A stretch of 64,000 bases of DNA, from assembly GCA_038496445.1 (NCBI GenBank), contig JALMLS010000072.1, positions 62,001 to 126,000 of the forward strand, in the 5' to 3' direction. Shown one piece after another: positions 25,756 to 40,714 of this stretch. The translations under genes were made by a program, and so were the position numbers. Each line of letters starts with the position of its first letter. The stretch's first letter is position 1. Origin of the DNA: Trichosphaerium sp. ATCC 40318. Its lineage: Eukaryota; Protista; Tubulinea. The notes beneath the pieces were generated by a model that saw only the letters and a program-made list of their open reading frames with translations, was not told the DNA's origin and did not search any database.

Positions 25756-28700
25756 ATGGAAGACGTTCCAATGGAGGATGCAAGTACCCAAGTGGGGGAA
25801 AAGAGAAAAAACGTACTGCTTGGTCAGGCAGACGACAGCTAACTGTTTTTTCAAGGAAGATGTTCTAGAAAAGACACCAAAGAAGGCCAAAACAGTATCA
25901 AACTCTACAGTACCGTGTTGAAGAGACGTTGGCGGGAATTTTTAGCATATTTTTGCCAGATGAGATTGTATTGATGATAGTTCGCGAATTGACGCCAGCA
26001 CAACGCAATGGGGCTTCGTTTGTATCTGTACGTCAAAGTTTCAAACCGTTTTAGTACAAAACCAGTGTTTTTTATTTATATTACCTCTTATCCATTCCTA
26101 AGCGTCAATGGCATTACGTATGTAACGATCAGACCCTCAGTTGGGTAGCTATTTCTAAAAGAGTTGTAAACGTCGAAAGCGACCAACCGCACTCGTCTTT
26201 CTATATAAATTACTACTACAGAAATCAAGTAGCTGGTATAGAAAACGAAGCTCGATCTGTTTTGAAAAAACAAGAAAAAAAGGCACTCGAAGACTTTGAA
26301 GGCAAAATACCAAGAGAAGAACATGATAATTTATGGCTTGTTAAATCAAATCTTCATGATGGATCGAATACTCAAAGCTTTTGGCCATACAAAGATGCTA
26401 TTAAGTATGATATGACAGTATTGGTTAATAGTGGGTCACTCGAGTCTTATTTGCACAAGGGAGGTGATTTGAAAGCAGCTTGGTACGAATTCTTGTTTGA
26501 AGTTTTTTTTCTTGTTTATAACCTTGCAACTCTTGTTTTGACTCATCTTGTTCAACTAGGTCGAAGCCTCTGCTTCAAAGGATTGCAGAAGATTCTAGTG
26601 CATTGTTTGAGCGTAATATGAGCGATTTACTGGAGGGTATTGGCGTACGAGCTGTATTCCCAGAGGTTAGTGTATTAGAAGCCAAGAATAGGTTTTAATC
26701 GTTTCTTTAGGACATACCTTCTGAGGTTATGGCGCAACCTGATACTGTATCTATAAAACTATATAACTACCAACGAAAGGCCGTGACTTGGGCCATCTCA
26801 ATGGAAGACAGAATCGTAAATGAAGGACTTGGTATTCACTCTTTTTTTTTTTTGTTTTCCAAGAAATAATTAGTTGCTTGAAATAAGAGATGCTGATACT
26901 CAATTTAGATATCCCGTATTGTTCACTAATACCATGGGTAAGAGGTAATCCTGGTGTAATGTTAGATGGAGTGGCAAATACACTCGTAACAACTCCAGAT
27001 GATACAAAACATAAACATACAATTCCTGTTCATGGTGGTACGCACAAAATAGTTGACAACACGTGCAAATTGCTCGTGAGGTTTTATTTTCGTCAGATCC
27101 TTACAATACGTAGCTATCCTTGCAGATGAGATGGGACTTGGAAAGACAATAGAAAGTACGTTGGTTGTTAAATAATACCGTAAATATTGAGTGTATTAAT
27201 AGCTTTTTTCTGTAGTTCTATGTCTCATTGCAGAAAGGCGCAAGACTTTAGCAGATGATGTAAGACTTGTGAACTATATTGAAGGAGAAAATGATCATAT
27301 TGCTTCAAAAGCTACTTTAGGTAAAGCTCCTTTGTTAAAAAATTAAGTTCACCAACAAAAAACTCATCTTATTCTTGTTTAGTTCTTTGTCCAACACATC
27401 TTTGTAAACAATGGAGAGGAGAGCTTGAAACTCATATTAAAGATGATTTGAATATAATCACGTGCACACAGATAACTCATATCAAAAAATTGACCTACAG
27501 AGACGTCAGAAATGCTGGTTAGTTTTTTCTTTTTTTTTTAACAAAGTTCTTACTGTTTCACTTAGATGTTATTATCTTCTCTCACTCACTACTCTCAAAC
27601 AAAAAGTACAAGGGAAAGAGAAGTCAAAAGCGTTCGGTACACCTACAAAAAAAATCATTCAAGTGGCTTAACAAGCCTTCTTTTAGAGCGTCTATGATTT
27701 GAAGAAAAAAGATTTCATGGACTCAAAGTTTCCAAATATCTTTGCAGTACTATGGCACCGTATAATCATAGATGAAGGACATGAGATTATTGGTGACCAT
27801 ACAGTACAAAGTAAGTATTCAATACACATAAGAATCCACCAAATACTAATAGACTTGTATAGCTAGTTTAGGAAAATTAAAAGCATCAATGAAATGGTAA
27901 CCTCTACTTTCTATCATCTCTTTAACTTTTCGGGTTTCTACCCTTAATAATTACCTTTTTGATAAATGTTAGGTATGTCACTGGAACGCCATTACCTAGC
28001 TTGTACGTACTAGATCATGTTAATCCTTTGAAATGCCCAGTGTTTACTTTTTTACAATAGGGATGTTTTGACTGGAGTGTGTTGGTTTCTATATGGCACA
28101 TCATCTGATCCATCGTTTTCTTGGAGTGCAAAGCTTGATTATAATTATCCAAGAACCCAACATAACTACTATACAATGTATGATTCTAGTTTTGTTTGAG
28201 CCAGTATAGAGAATGTCTCTTTGTTTGATATTCAACCGCCTTTTTTTTGACAAAGAAAGTTCAAAAGAAATTTACTGGTTTTGTTCTAGATGGGCACTTG
28301 GTGATCTAATGACAAAGAATTTTATGTGGAAGAGTACTAAACTATCAGTTGCCAAGGAGGTACATTATTTGACACACAACCCATTTTACTACCGCTTTTT
28401 CAAACACCACGTGAATATTGTCTTTTTTTTTGGTGGATATTCGGATGATTCTTTCTCTTCTCATTTCTATTAGTTTGACATTCCTCCATATGTGGAGGAA
28501 GTCAAGATGATTGACTTTCACAAAGTTGAACAGATTAACTATGTCTTTAAAAGATTTAAGCACGCTGGTAGAGGTACCTAAGGACATTCGTCTTTTTTTT
28601 TCTTTCCTTTTATTGTTTAAATCGGGCATTCTTTGCAAATCCACAAAAAACTAACTTGTTATAACTTCTAGAGGATACGTTATCTGCACTTTGTTCAATG

Positions 28701-30404
28701 CAAATTACAAGTTGTAAACATGATAATGAGAACTTGGAAGTATCAAGACAGAAGCTCATGAGAGGCGCAAATGTTAGTGCAACATATTTTCTTTTTTTTT
28801 CTGCTTTGTTTCAAGGATTTTAGTTAAAAAAAATCTTAGAGCCACCTCAGCGCATTGAAGAATATCTTATCACAAAAAAAAGAATCGCTGGTACAAACAA
28901 AGAAGAAATTAAAGACGGTATGTAATAATAGATATGAGAACGAATTCGATGAAGCAGAAGCTCTTTACCCCTTTTTTTTCTCTTTTTTTCCTTTTTTTTC
29001 TTGTCTTACTTACATTGTTTGCATAGCTTGAAGCTGGAACAAATCCTTACAAGTACTGGATTGAGAGTTACAAAGAACAAATTAAACGATTAATATCTGA
29101 AATACCATACTTTGAGCGAACTATACCAATCTTTGAGAAGTTCATCTCAGACAACGTAACACCACTTGTAAGTTCTTTTTTTTTTTGAATGTTGTCGGTT
29201 TTTCTCGTTTCTTAAACTTTGGTTTACTAATAAACAAACCTCTTTAGAAGCCTGTGGATATATCCTGCTTAGAAAAAAAGGCTTTGCCTTTATACGATAT
29301 TGATCCATTGGAGTCTCCTATTGACAAAGTGAAAGAAGCACTTACTTTCAGATTCATCTCTTTTGATAATGATAAAGATGCAAGAGATAAACTTGTTGAA
29401 GTCCTTGACCGAGAAAACTCACTCAGAAGAGTACTACTTTAACTTATTTGATTGTATCTTTAGTATACCTAACATTATCTTTTATTGTAGAACAAGACAA
29501 TGCCTACAACTGGTTTCAAAGATTTGACTTTGGAAGAAGCTATTGTTATTTACGGAACAAAGTTGGGCCATATTTTACATTTCATGGTTGATCTATTCCG
29601 TCGTGAACCTGATGTTCATGTTATACTTTTTTCAAAGTATAATAAAGTACTACTACAGGTTTCACGACTTTTATTTGAGAACGGTATTCTAGCAACCAAA
29701 ATAGCCGGGTACAAAAAAAAAATAGTTTTGTGTTTTTTTAATGAATGACACGTGACTGCTTTGTGTTTGACTTATCTTCTTTTAGTACTGCCAAGCAAAA
29801 GAACCAAGCGATTGAAGAGTTTCGTCAAGGTATTTTCAAGGTACTTTTGTTATCCTCCGAAACAGCAGCAAGTGGTATAAACCTTATTGAAGCCGAATAT
29901 GTCGTACTTATTGGTTAGTTTTTTGGAACCTCTATTTTTTATTTACATACGTTTCAGATCCCGTATCTGGTTCGAAAACTGAAGCGGAAGCAACTGAAGG
30001 ACAAGCTATTAGTCGCGCATACAGGTGAGTAGTTCATTTGAAAATATTTTAAAGGTGCTTCTTACAAATTGTTTTTCTTTCACAGAATCGGTCAAGAAAA
30101 ACAAGTGATTGTTGTTAAGTTTATTGTTCGTAATACAATTGAACATGACAAACATAAGATCCACATATCTAATGTTAAAGTAAAGAAAAAGCGCGGTAGT
30201 GTGTTTACTGTAAAAGGAAAGAAGAAGAGACCTCGTCTCATTAGGTATGTTGCCATTTAAAAATAATTTCCAAAAAAAATGTTACATAGTACTTCACACT
30301 ATTAACAACCTGCGTATAGGACCAATAGCATTGGCACAATGATGGTGAATAATCCCAAGCTTAAGCGCACACCATCTAAGCTACTCTCATTGATAGGATC
30401 ATGA
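25756..30404 (+). CDS. SNF2-family helicase-like ATPase, Rad5/Rad16-like (multi-exon)
   Basis: LADEMGLGKTIE, LWHRIIIDEGH, WYVTGTP, ILFSKY, SGINLIEA, EGQAISRAYRIGQEKQVIVVKFIVRNTIE. Confidence 0.9.
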
Positions 30405-30769
30405 ACAAAAGAAGACACATCAAAGAAAATGATCAAAGCAATCATCATGAAAAAAAAACCGATACCATTTCCAGACTTACGCTGCCATTGATTTCCTCAA
30501 TGGTTGAAATAAATACTAAGTCTTACAGTAGTTGTATCCTCAATCACTTTGTGTCTGTGCTTGCACACAGTAGTACAAATAAAACGTATTTCAATGTTTG
30601 GTATTTTTTTTATTTTATTTACATTCATACAGCTTCCAAAAGGGTATTATTCTCTTCTCTACTCTGTTCATAATTCGCAATATTTTTGTTTGTTAAATAT
30701 GGCATTAGTTGGAGGAACTATAAATCTTGAGGTGAGGTGGAAAAGGTTGTGGACCATTTTGTGTTAAAA

Positions 30770-32972
30770 TTACATCAAGGTTGTTGTTGGCATTAACTTT
30801 GGTTTTTTAAAAATTTGTGTTTGTCCGCTTTGATCATCTTGTAATGTATCTTCACATGGTACATGTATATGATCAACTACAGGCTTTTGTATTGTCTCAG
30901 GGACAGCTATAGTCCATCCTTGACGACTTTCACCCTTGCTACCCCAACTACAAGCTATCAGAAGACAGAAAGAAAAACGAAAGCTCAAAAATAAAAAACC
31001 ACAACTTACAGCTTCAACATCCTGCCTGGGTTCTCCTCGTCTTGGTATATGGCCTTTGGTAGAAGTGTCTCTACAACAGAGTACCCAAACATAGGCTTTG
31101 TTTCATTACCATCCTCGTTAGTCTTTAGGAAATCAAAAATAACATCACAGTTCCTCTGATGCCTTAACTCGAATTTTTCACCCTGAACAAAAAAAAAATT
31201 AGTCTTGTCACTCGTCAGTAACTCTGTTTTTTTTCCCGTCTCCAAAACATAGCCATTAATATAAATTGAATCGTAATGTTTACTCAATTACTTTCAAAGA
31301 GCCGGTATGAGGCAACAAAAGTAAAGAAAATGGAGTTGAAAAAAAAATTGTGGAAGTGGAGAAAAAAAAAGCATGCCTTGCGAAAAATGATAGCGGTCAA
31401 CTTTGACCGCCTGAAATATGTTGATTCTTGAGTGACAAAACGATTATTTGCAGCACGTTTAACCCAACAAAAATTTTCTACATATTTAAAGCCCCACTCT
31501 GTCATCAAAGACACCAACTAAATATCTGTTAATAAAAACCTTCCAAAAAAAAAAACTCAAAAAGGGCTTGGTTGGTACCTCTGCAATATATATCTTTTCT
31601 ACCCATATAAATAGGAACCCCTTTGATATACAATTTCTAACATTAACTCGCGCCTAGATACAGTGAGTACAAACCAAGAAAAATACGATTTCGATGGAAA
31701 ATAAAATACCCAAAAAAAATTATTGAAAGAAAAGTTGGTACCAAATCCTTTGGCGTTATGTATTTGTATGCTTCTGATTCTTTGTGAACATTTGGCAAGT
31801 ACCACGGTGGATCCATAAGTACTGCTAAAAAATCTTTTCCAAGCGTTGTGTAGTCAAAATCAAGTACATTTGCCTCAAACGTGCTAACACAAAAAATATC
31901 AACAAAAAAAGCAAATTTTTTACACAACAACGAACCTTGCTCCTTTAGGTGGTGCAGGAGTGAGACCATATGGCGCAATATTCTTACCCCAACTTTGGGG
32001 TAATGGGAAATTAGGAATACGCACTGTAACCAGCTGAGGGGTCACTGAACCTCTAGAAGAAGAAAAAAAAGGGTCAACTTCGAATTCATTTCAAAAATAT
32101 TTTTGTCAGTCGAATTTGAGCTTTCAATTTTCAGTCACGTGACGCACTTTACTTTTTTTTTCAAGATATATGCATGACCATCAGCACCAATGACTTCCAT
32201 TGATACAACTTTTGGTTTAACACTTGTATGCTTATTTCCTTTTCTTCTCTTTTTTTTACTTCTTGATCCATCATTCCAGAAATCTTCTTGATCAGTAGTA
32301 CTACGCGCGTAAACAAAAACAAGAAAAAAAACGCTTGACGAAGAAATCCTTTTTTTTTTTGCAGTTTTTGCTGAAAAGCAAAGTTTTTCTTGGTCTGTTG
32401 TACTTACGATTGCTTCTTATCGTAGTCTGCTTCATCGTAGTACCCATCAACACCTACTAAATACGTACCAGCATTATCTATGAGTTACATGTCAAAATAA
32501 TACAACAAAACGTTCCATTATGTTTTTTAGCGCGTTTTATGGCGTTATATAGTTGTTTTGGTCTTTTTTAATTAAAAAGAATAAGACGTTACTTTTCTGG
32601 TTTGACTGAGCCGGTAAAGCAAAGCTTGAAGTCCGTTTAAAAACCTCCTCCATCTCTTGTTCTGTTAGCTCCGAGTTGGAGTCTTTTTGCTTGTTCTAAT
32701 ACAAATAAGATTACTGACGCGTTTACAATGTTCCTACCTTCGCCTTGTAGGCCTCCATTTGTTCAAATTTCTTTAATATCATTTCTACCGGTTCTTCGTC
32801 TAAAACATAGCCTACGTAGTACGCCGAACTTACTACAATCAGTATATCGATATTTGCGCTAAAAAACTAACCTGGCTCTCTTTTTGGCTGCACACTTCCT
32901 TCGAGGCCTCCTTGACCTGGTTTCCGTCTAACCATACCGTTAAGAATAATAACAGATCATTTAACCTACCAT
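30770..32972 (-). CDS. MT-A70 family adenine methyltransferase-like protein, resembling the AMT6/7 (MTA9) subfamily
   Basis: AVLMDPPW; WGFKYVENFCWVK; YFRRSKLTAIIFRK; ELRHQRNCDVIFD; KP..YSVVETLLP; LKLWG...RQGW. The first exon appears to be only the ATG. Confidence 0.85.
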
Positions 32973-33387
32973 GCTGATGCCACAGATGTTTAAATTTTTG
33001 GAGGGAATCTTAACGGAAACAAATGTGAAAAAAAGCTGTTTTCTTCGGTACTGTCCAAGCAGAAAGTTCGGTTTCTGATCTTTATATTCAACTTTATTAT
33101 GCTAAGAAAGGTACAATTCATGTTATTTCTTAATAATTCTGGTTTGTATCAAGTTGGTTAAACAAGGAATTCACTTCAACATTCTTAAAAATGTTTCAAA
33201 AGCAATTTGTGCCAGAACGTTTGTAGTGTTCTCTCACGTGCCACTACATACTTGAAACAAATTATTACTATACAAATAGCTTTGAAGTATCCTTTCATGG
33301 CCAGTACCAAAAGGATATTCTTTGTGATGAGCGGGTATGGGTTTGTTGTTATAAGGATAGTTTTCTTCGTTTTACAAAATTGTTTTT

Positions 33388-34734
33388 TTATTCGACTTTT
33401 TCTGAAAGAAATCTGTCAACACATAATTGTGCTGCAAGTTTGAACATTTTTTCAACATTCTTCCCTGAATTCTCACTAATTTCGAAAGCACAAACATTTT
33501 TCTTACAACACAAAGACTATAGAGAAAATCAGTAAAACAAAGCTAACAAAGAAATAAGGTACCCGAATTTGATCTGATTTGACGACTCTAGCATTAGTTT
33601 TATCAGAGTTTGTTATTGCCAATATTGGTACAACATCATCCACAGCATATTTACGTATCTCATTAAACCATAACTTCACTCTACCCCAACCTAAAAACGT
33701 ATTAATCAAAGATCTTAAAAAAAACCAGAATGAAAAAAACATACTCTTTTCACACGTCACATCACAGCACACAATACAACAATGTGCTTCAGCATATAGA
33801 CTAGTACGTGAAGTTTTCTTCTGTAACAGCCTAGAAGGCTGAACCGCAGTATCAAGGACCTTCTAAATCACGTGATTTAAAACAAAAAAAAACGTGTTTT
33901 TTAAAACGAACTTACAAGCCTTAGGTCTATCTTCTTTTCTTCAAGGCCCAACGCAAAAGTAATCTAAGCTTACGTAAGTCAAGAATAATGTAAAATAAAT
34001 AAAAATTAATCAAAACAAAATACTGGTTCATACAGTAGATTTACACTCCCCAGAAACAAGCGCTTTCGCTGTTTTTTGTGTCGTTTCATTTGACAAAACA
34101 TTCACTTTTCCTTCCGAAAATTCACCTAAAACATCACGTATACCTTTGCGCAAACACGTGAGTAAAACGTCATAAAAATAACTAAAAATAATCTCACCAG
34201 TAGGACTCTCACCAACTAGAAATAAACACAGAGTGGGTAATTCAGCGGCAGTTTCTTTTTTCTTACTCCGACGAAAAAACGATCTCGCACGTTTTCCGAA
34301 TCCTTTTGGTGTAGACTTTTTAGAGGAAGCAGATTTCTGACCTGCTAGCTGCTTCTCTACCTTTTTTTAGTTTATATATCACGTGTACATACCTCACCTG
34401 CTTCAATCACGGTGTTTACGGAGTCAATAAGCCATTTACGGTTATAGTCTATGTCGTACAAATAAACGCCTAAAATCTGTCAGTTTTTTTTTTTTGAAAC
34501 ATCGAAAACTTTTTCGTTTTAATAGGCTCTCAGCGTACCAGTTTTCTCTTCTAAAGTCTCTACATTGGCTTTTTCTTGATTACGTATCCTTTGAGCGCTC
34601 AAAGCATTGAAACTACGGCAAGTCCATGCTAGGGCCACCAGGTCACTTGAAAGAGGTACGAAACCAAAAATAAGAGCCAATAGATCAGGTGTGAGAGTAT
34701 TAGAAGCTGTATTAGTCTCTTCGGGGTGTTCCAT
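33388..34734 (-). CDS. F-box fused to a degenerate Rab/Ras-like small-GTPase domain
   Basis: F-box LTPDLLALIFGFVP...LAWTCRSF. GTPase skeleton: LFLVGESPTGIR (G1), VLDTAVQ (G3), YAEAHCCIVCCDVTCEKSW...WFNEIRKY, AITNSDK (G4), FEISENSGKNVEKMF (G5). Confidence 0.75.
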
Positions 34735-35328
34735 CCCTGTTTTTTACAAAAACTGAAAAGTTTTAACTGTTTGACATATCACCTGGATATAAAACGTACA
34801 ATACTTGGTGAAGTGATGCCTTACTTCAGAGTAAGGTTTTTGCTGAGTTATAAGCATAAGTCATGTGCACTAAATTGTGACATATTATATTGAAGATTCA
34901 ACATGAGTGAATACAATAAAAACACGTGTCTCAAACGTTTTTTGGATTAATGGTTACGTAAATACAACATTTGAGTTATTACGAAATCTACAATGGGAAC
35001 TGCAAAATAAACTGTCTATTGGACTATAAAAACACGTGATAAATAGAGATAATAACATTAAAAACAATCAACAAAAAAAGCGCTACCAATAAAAAAAAAC
35101 GAACCCAATTTACTATTTATAAATAACCTTCATTCACGCTAGCGCAACTTATTAATAAACAGAAAACTAAATACAACTTCACTCCATGACCAGAAGGAAG
35201 ATAGTGTTAAAAACCAATCAAAAATTTAGATGCGAGGTATCGCACAATACCAAAAATTAATCAACAACAGATGTGTTTAGGACGACATTAGCCTGTTTCC
35301 TAGCGTAATATGAACGTCTACAACAATC

Positions 35329-37868
35329 TCATTTGTCTTTGCCAGTGTACGCGACAATTCGGAAAGCTGACACTCTGCTAAGCCTTATAGACGCTGAGCA
35401 CTATAATTTACATATGAAATTTACATTAAAAAAAAGTACGTTAACCAGTTTGGGCGATAGGTCGAAAAATGATTTATTATTACTATGATACAATAATTAC
35501 ATGTGCTACAGACGCTCACCTTCTGAGTTTCTCTAAAGCATGACCCTAAAAAAAAATTAACAACCAAGCAAACAACGCAACTCACAAAAAAACAAAAAAA
35601 AACCCGAAAAAAAAAATTAAAAGGTTTCTCCCTTTTTCCACCCTACAGAACCACCTCATGTGTTTATATCGCCCATAAAAACAGTATTTTCAGGGATGGT
35701 AAAAAAAAAATTGAAAAATGATTTGAAGCGTAATCTTGATCTCAAGCGAAAAAAAAAAAAAGCTTACCCGTTTGACGATCATGATTTCGCTGTATGGACC
35801 ACGTTTTTGTAATAAATCAATACGCTCTTTTGATTTTAGCGCCAAAACAGCTGAAAATAGAGAAGCAGCTACAGAACGTTTCTGCATACGTCCAGCACCA
35901 TGAATACTACAAAAAAAATAAACAACAAGTTCCATAAAACTCGCAAAAAATCAAAAAAAAAATCAAAAAAAAATCAAAAAAAAAAGCAAGAAATTACTTA
36001 CGTTTCTACCAAATCGTCGAACTTTAGTCTATCTACACCCTGGGATTGGAATTCCTTACGTAGGGTAATAGCTACACCAAGATCACGCGCAGTAAATGCA
36101 GCCTCTGGCGTAGAAGCAGAATCGGAGGTAGAAGTAGTGGTACGCGAACGTGTGTCAGCCTCATTCTGTTCTTCTCCCATAATGATTGGAGAACCTGGTG
36201 TACCTGGCGAACCTGGGGAACCTGGGAAACCTGGAGAGCCTGGGAAACCCGGAGAACCTGGGATTTGTTCCATCCCTTCACCACCATCAACACGATCATC
36301 TGAGTACTCTCCACCACGACCCTGTAAAAACAAAGATTAATAACAACATTTGTTTTGCAACGAACAATATCAACAAATTACATAGGTCAACGAAAGAACT
36401 CTCAATTGACGCACATGTGCAGCAAATCATAAAAAAAAATTCAAAAAAAAAGAGTTTGCGTTCAAAACATCCTTGGTAAGTACCATGAGATATGCAGGTG
36501 CTTTCAATGTCATGTTACGTCTAGTAACATTCATAAGAGTAGGGTTAAGACTTCTAAACGCTGGCATGCTTAGAAGAGCTTCTGGACCGTCTATTTCCAT
36601 TTGACGAATCTCCATATCTTCTGGAGTATCTGGGACATATCCTACTTGTCTTACAAGTCTATCTACATTACCCAGCCATCCGTGCATTGTTCTAGATTCA
36701 CAATAATAAGTCACAATCCAAAAAAAGAATAAAAGAAGATTTCAGACTTACGTTGTTGAAAGTTGAGTTTTTTTGTCCATTCTGACCATTGATTTTGTTT
36801 CACGTGGCTTCTTACGACGTTCTTGAGGTGGCAGCATGACACCTAAACACATTAGAAGGAGATCAACGCTGAAAGCGCCAAAAAAAAACCAAAAAACGCC
36901 AAAATTCAAAAAAAAGCTTGTGTTTTGTTTACGAACCCGGCGATCTACTCTCTGTAGTAGGGTCTCTTAATTCAAGATCATCATCTTGTACAATTGCAAG
37001 ACCATCATCGTCAGGATTGTCGAAGGCATTTTCCATCTCAAAGTCCTCTCTATGTTGGTTTTAGTCTCTGGAGCTACTAGCTAGTGTGAGAAAGCGTCAT
37101 ACCCGCCAATAACATCGATAACATCTTCTAGCTGTGCAAGACGTTGTGCAAAGTCATCTGACGTGGCTTCTTTTATTTGGGAAGCTGTATAAGATGGTTA
37201 ATAAAAAAGTAACGTTTAGAAAGCGTAACAAAGAAAAAAATGAAGTTTTTTTCAGTCTCAGAGTGTTTACCAGCTATTTCATCACGCTGTGGGAATAGGT
37301 TTAAGCTCTCAGCATCAATGAGACCATCTTCCATTGCCGGTACGTCACTGTAGAGTTAGTTTTTTTGAAATATTTGAGTTTTTTATCGTACGCAATATCC
37401 ATATCGGTTGGTAAGCTAATATCATACTCTGGGAAGTGCTCTGGAAGCGTAATAGCGTTTATATTTGCTTGGGTTTGATCTAAATCTATTTTGGCGATTT
37501 CTGTCCTCTAAACGCTTTGTTAGTTTCCATATTGTCGTAGATTAATACGTACAGTCTTTCGCCGTAATTTAACGAGTGCATCAGAGCAATCTGTGTACAA
37601 GTAGTGGACTTTCTTCTGATAGATACGTACAACACCAAGGAGCAAATGACCCTTAAGACGCAATGCGAGGCGTACTTTTGGGTTTAAAATATGCTCTACA
37701 ACGGAAAATAAGTATTTTAAATTGTAATTTAATACACTACGTACCAATGGTCTGTGATATATCTGTGTCGTTAACTTGCGCTTTTGTCAATTTCTTTGGC
37801 CAATGCGCTGCGAGCCATACTTTACCAAGAACACCTTGTCTGGCTAAAACTACTTGTAGAAAAAACAT
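35329..37868 (-). CDS. RAD21: Cohesin kleisin subunit Rad21/Rec8 family (last exons uncertain)
   Basis: N-terminal domain MFFLQVVLARQGVLGKVWLAAHW...LALRLKGHLLLGVVRIYQKKVHYLYTDC; C-terminal winged helix RSVAASLFSAVLALKS...IDLLQKRGPYSEI. Confidence 0.9.
36188..36262 (-). repeat. Coding 9-bp tandem repeat encoding PGSPGFPGSPGFPGSPGSPGTPGSP
   Basis: Directly visible (ggagaacctgg/ggaaacctgg units on the + strand) inside a kleisin exon. Confidence 0.9.
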
Positions 37869-38342
37869 TGTATGTAGCTGTGGAGAACGCGCGCTTTTTT
37901 TTTTCGGTTGGCGGGAATATGTAGAGTATTAACTTAATACCCTTAGCTTAACGGTTCAAAGTCGTAACGGAAACGTCCTTTTTAAATAGATAAGGCCAAG
38001 TTTTATTCACCACAAGTTATAAGATAGTTTTACAGCACAAAGAGTCTTGGACATGCCATTTAAGACTTACTAAAAGTGATACAAGTAAAATCTAGCTAAA
38101 CGGCCTTTGACGCTGGATTATACGCCCATCAGGTAATTTCTGTGACTGTAGCAAAGTTCTCGTGTCAACTCAAAGGTTTGTCGTTGCGAAGCCAACAGCG
38201 TTAAGTATTCATATCCTTTGTTTCAACAGCGTACTGTTTGAGCTCATGAGGTGATTGTTAAGTGAAACAAGGCGTCGATATTGGGAATCTGACACAAGTT
38301 CCCACAATTCATAAATTCTAAAATAACACTACCACCGAACCA

Positions 38343-40076
<1,734 letters not shown>

Positions 40077-40714
40077 AAAAACAAGTTTGTAATTGTTGTT
40101 ATTATTTTAAGAGCTCGCTTGTCACTAGTACAGTTAGGATATAGCGAGCGTAATCCACAACTGACCTAGAATAATAATAATACACTTCTCGTGAATCAAT
40201 CACTGAATTTGAGAAAGAACATCCGAGAAAACCTATAAGAACACTGAACAACGCAAGAATGAAATTAAAACAACATACTGCGAGTTTTATAACTCTTTAG
40301 CCGAAAAGTCGCGACAACGTGACGTAATAACCAACGTGAAAGTAATCTTTGAAAATACTGTAATGTAGTAGAGCCGAACAAATTAGCACGTAAAACACGA
40401 GCGCCAAACGGCGTGACGTTTTCAAATAATTTAACGAAAATCATGCACGAAAAAAAACGTGAAAAACAATATTTCACGTAAAATGCTTTCGTGACTCTGA
40501 GCTACTGTACAGCGCTTTCTTCGCTTATATGCCGTTTCCAGCCAAACCGAACGGTCTTAAAAAGCACACATCAAGTTAAAACAAAACCATAATTGTTTTA
40601 TTTCGCTACTTGCACTACACTCTTTTCAAAAGCAAAAAAAATGCGAACAAACAAAGTCTAGTTGTTTATACAAAGATTTTTTTATTTCTTTTGTTTCTTT
40701 GGGCTTAAAATGAT

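Noticed and set aside
35900-36340. Collagen-like + strand ORF (PGEPGKPGEP)
   Set aside because: It is the antisense reading of the PGSP repeat in the kleisin exon and runs into intronic poly-A.
38211-38220. ATATCCTTTG, resembling a U12 AT-AC donor
   Set aside because: Lies in the intergenic region between the kleisin and DAHP synthase genes, with no exon context or U12 branch site.
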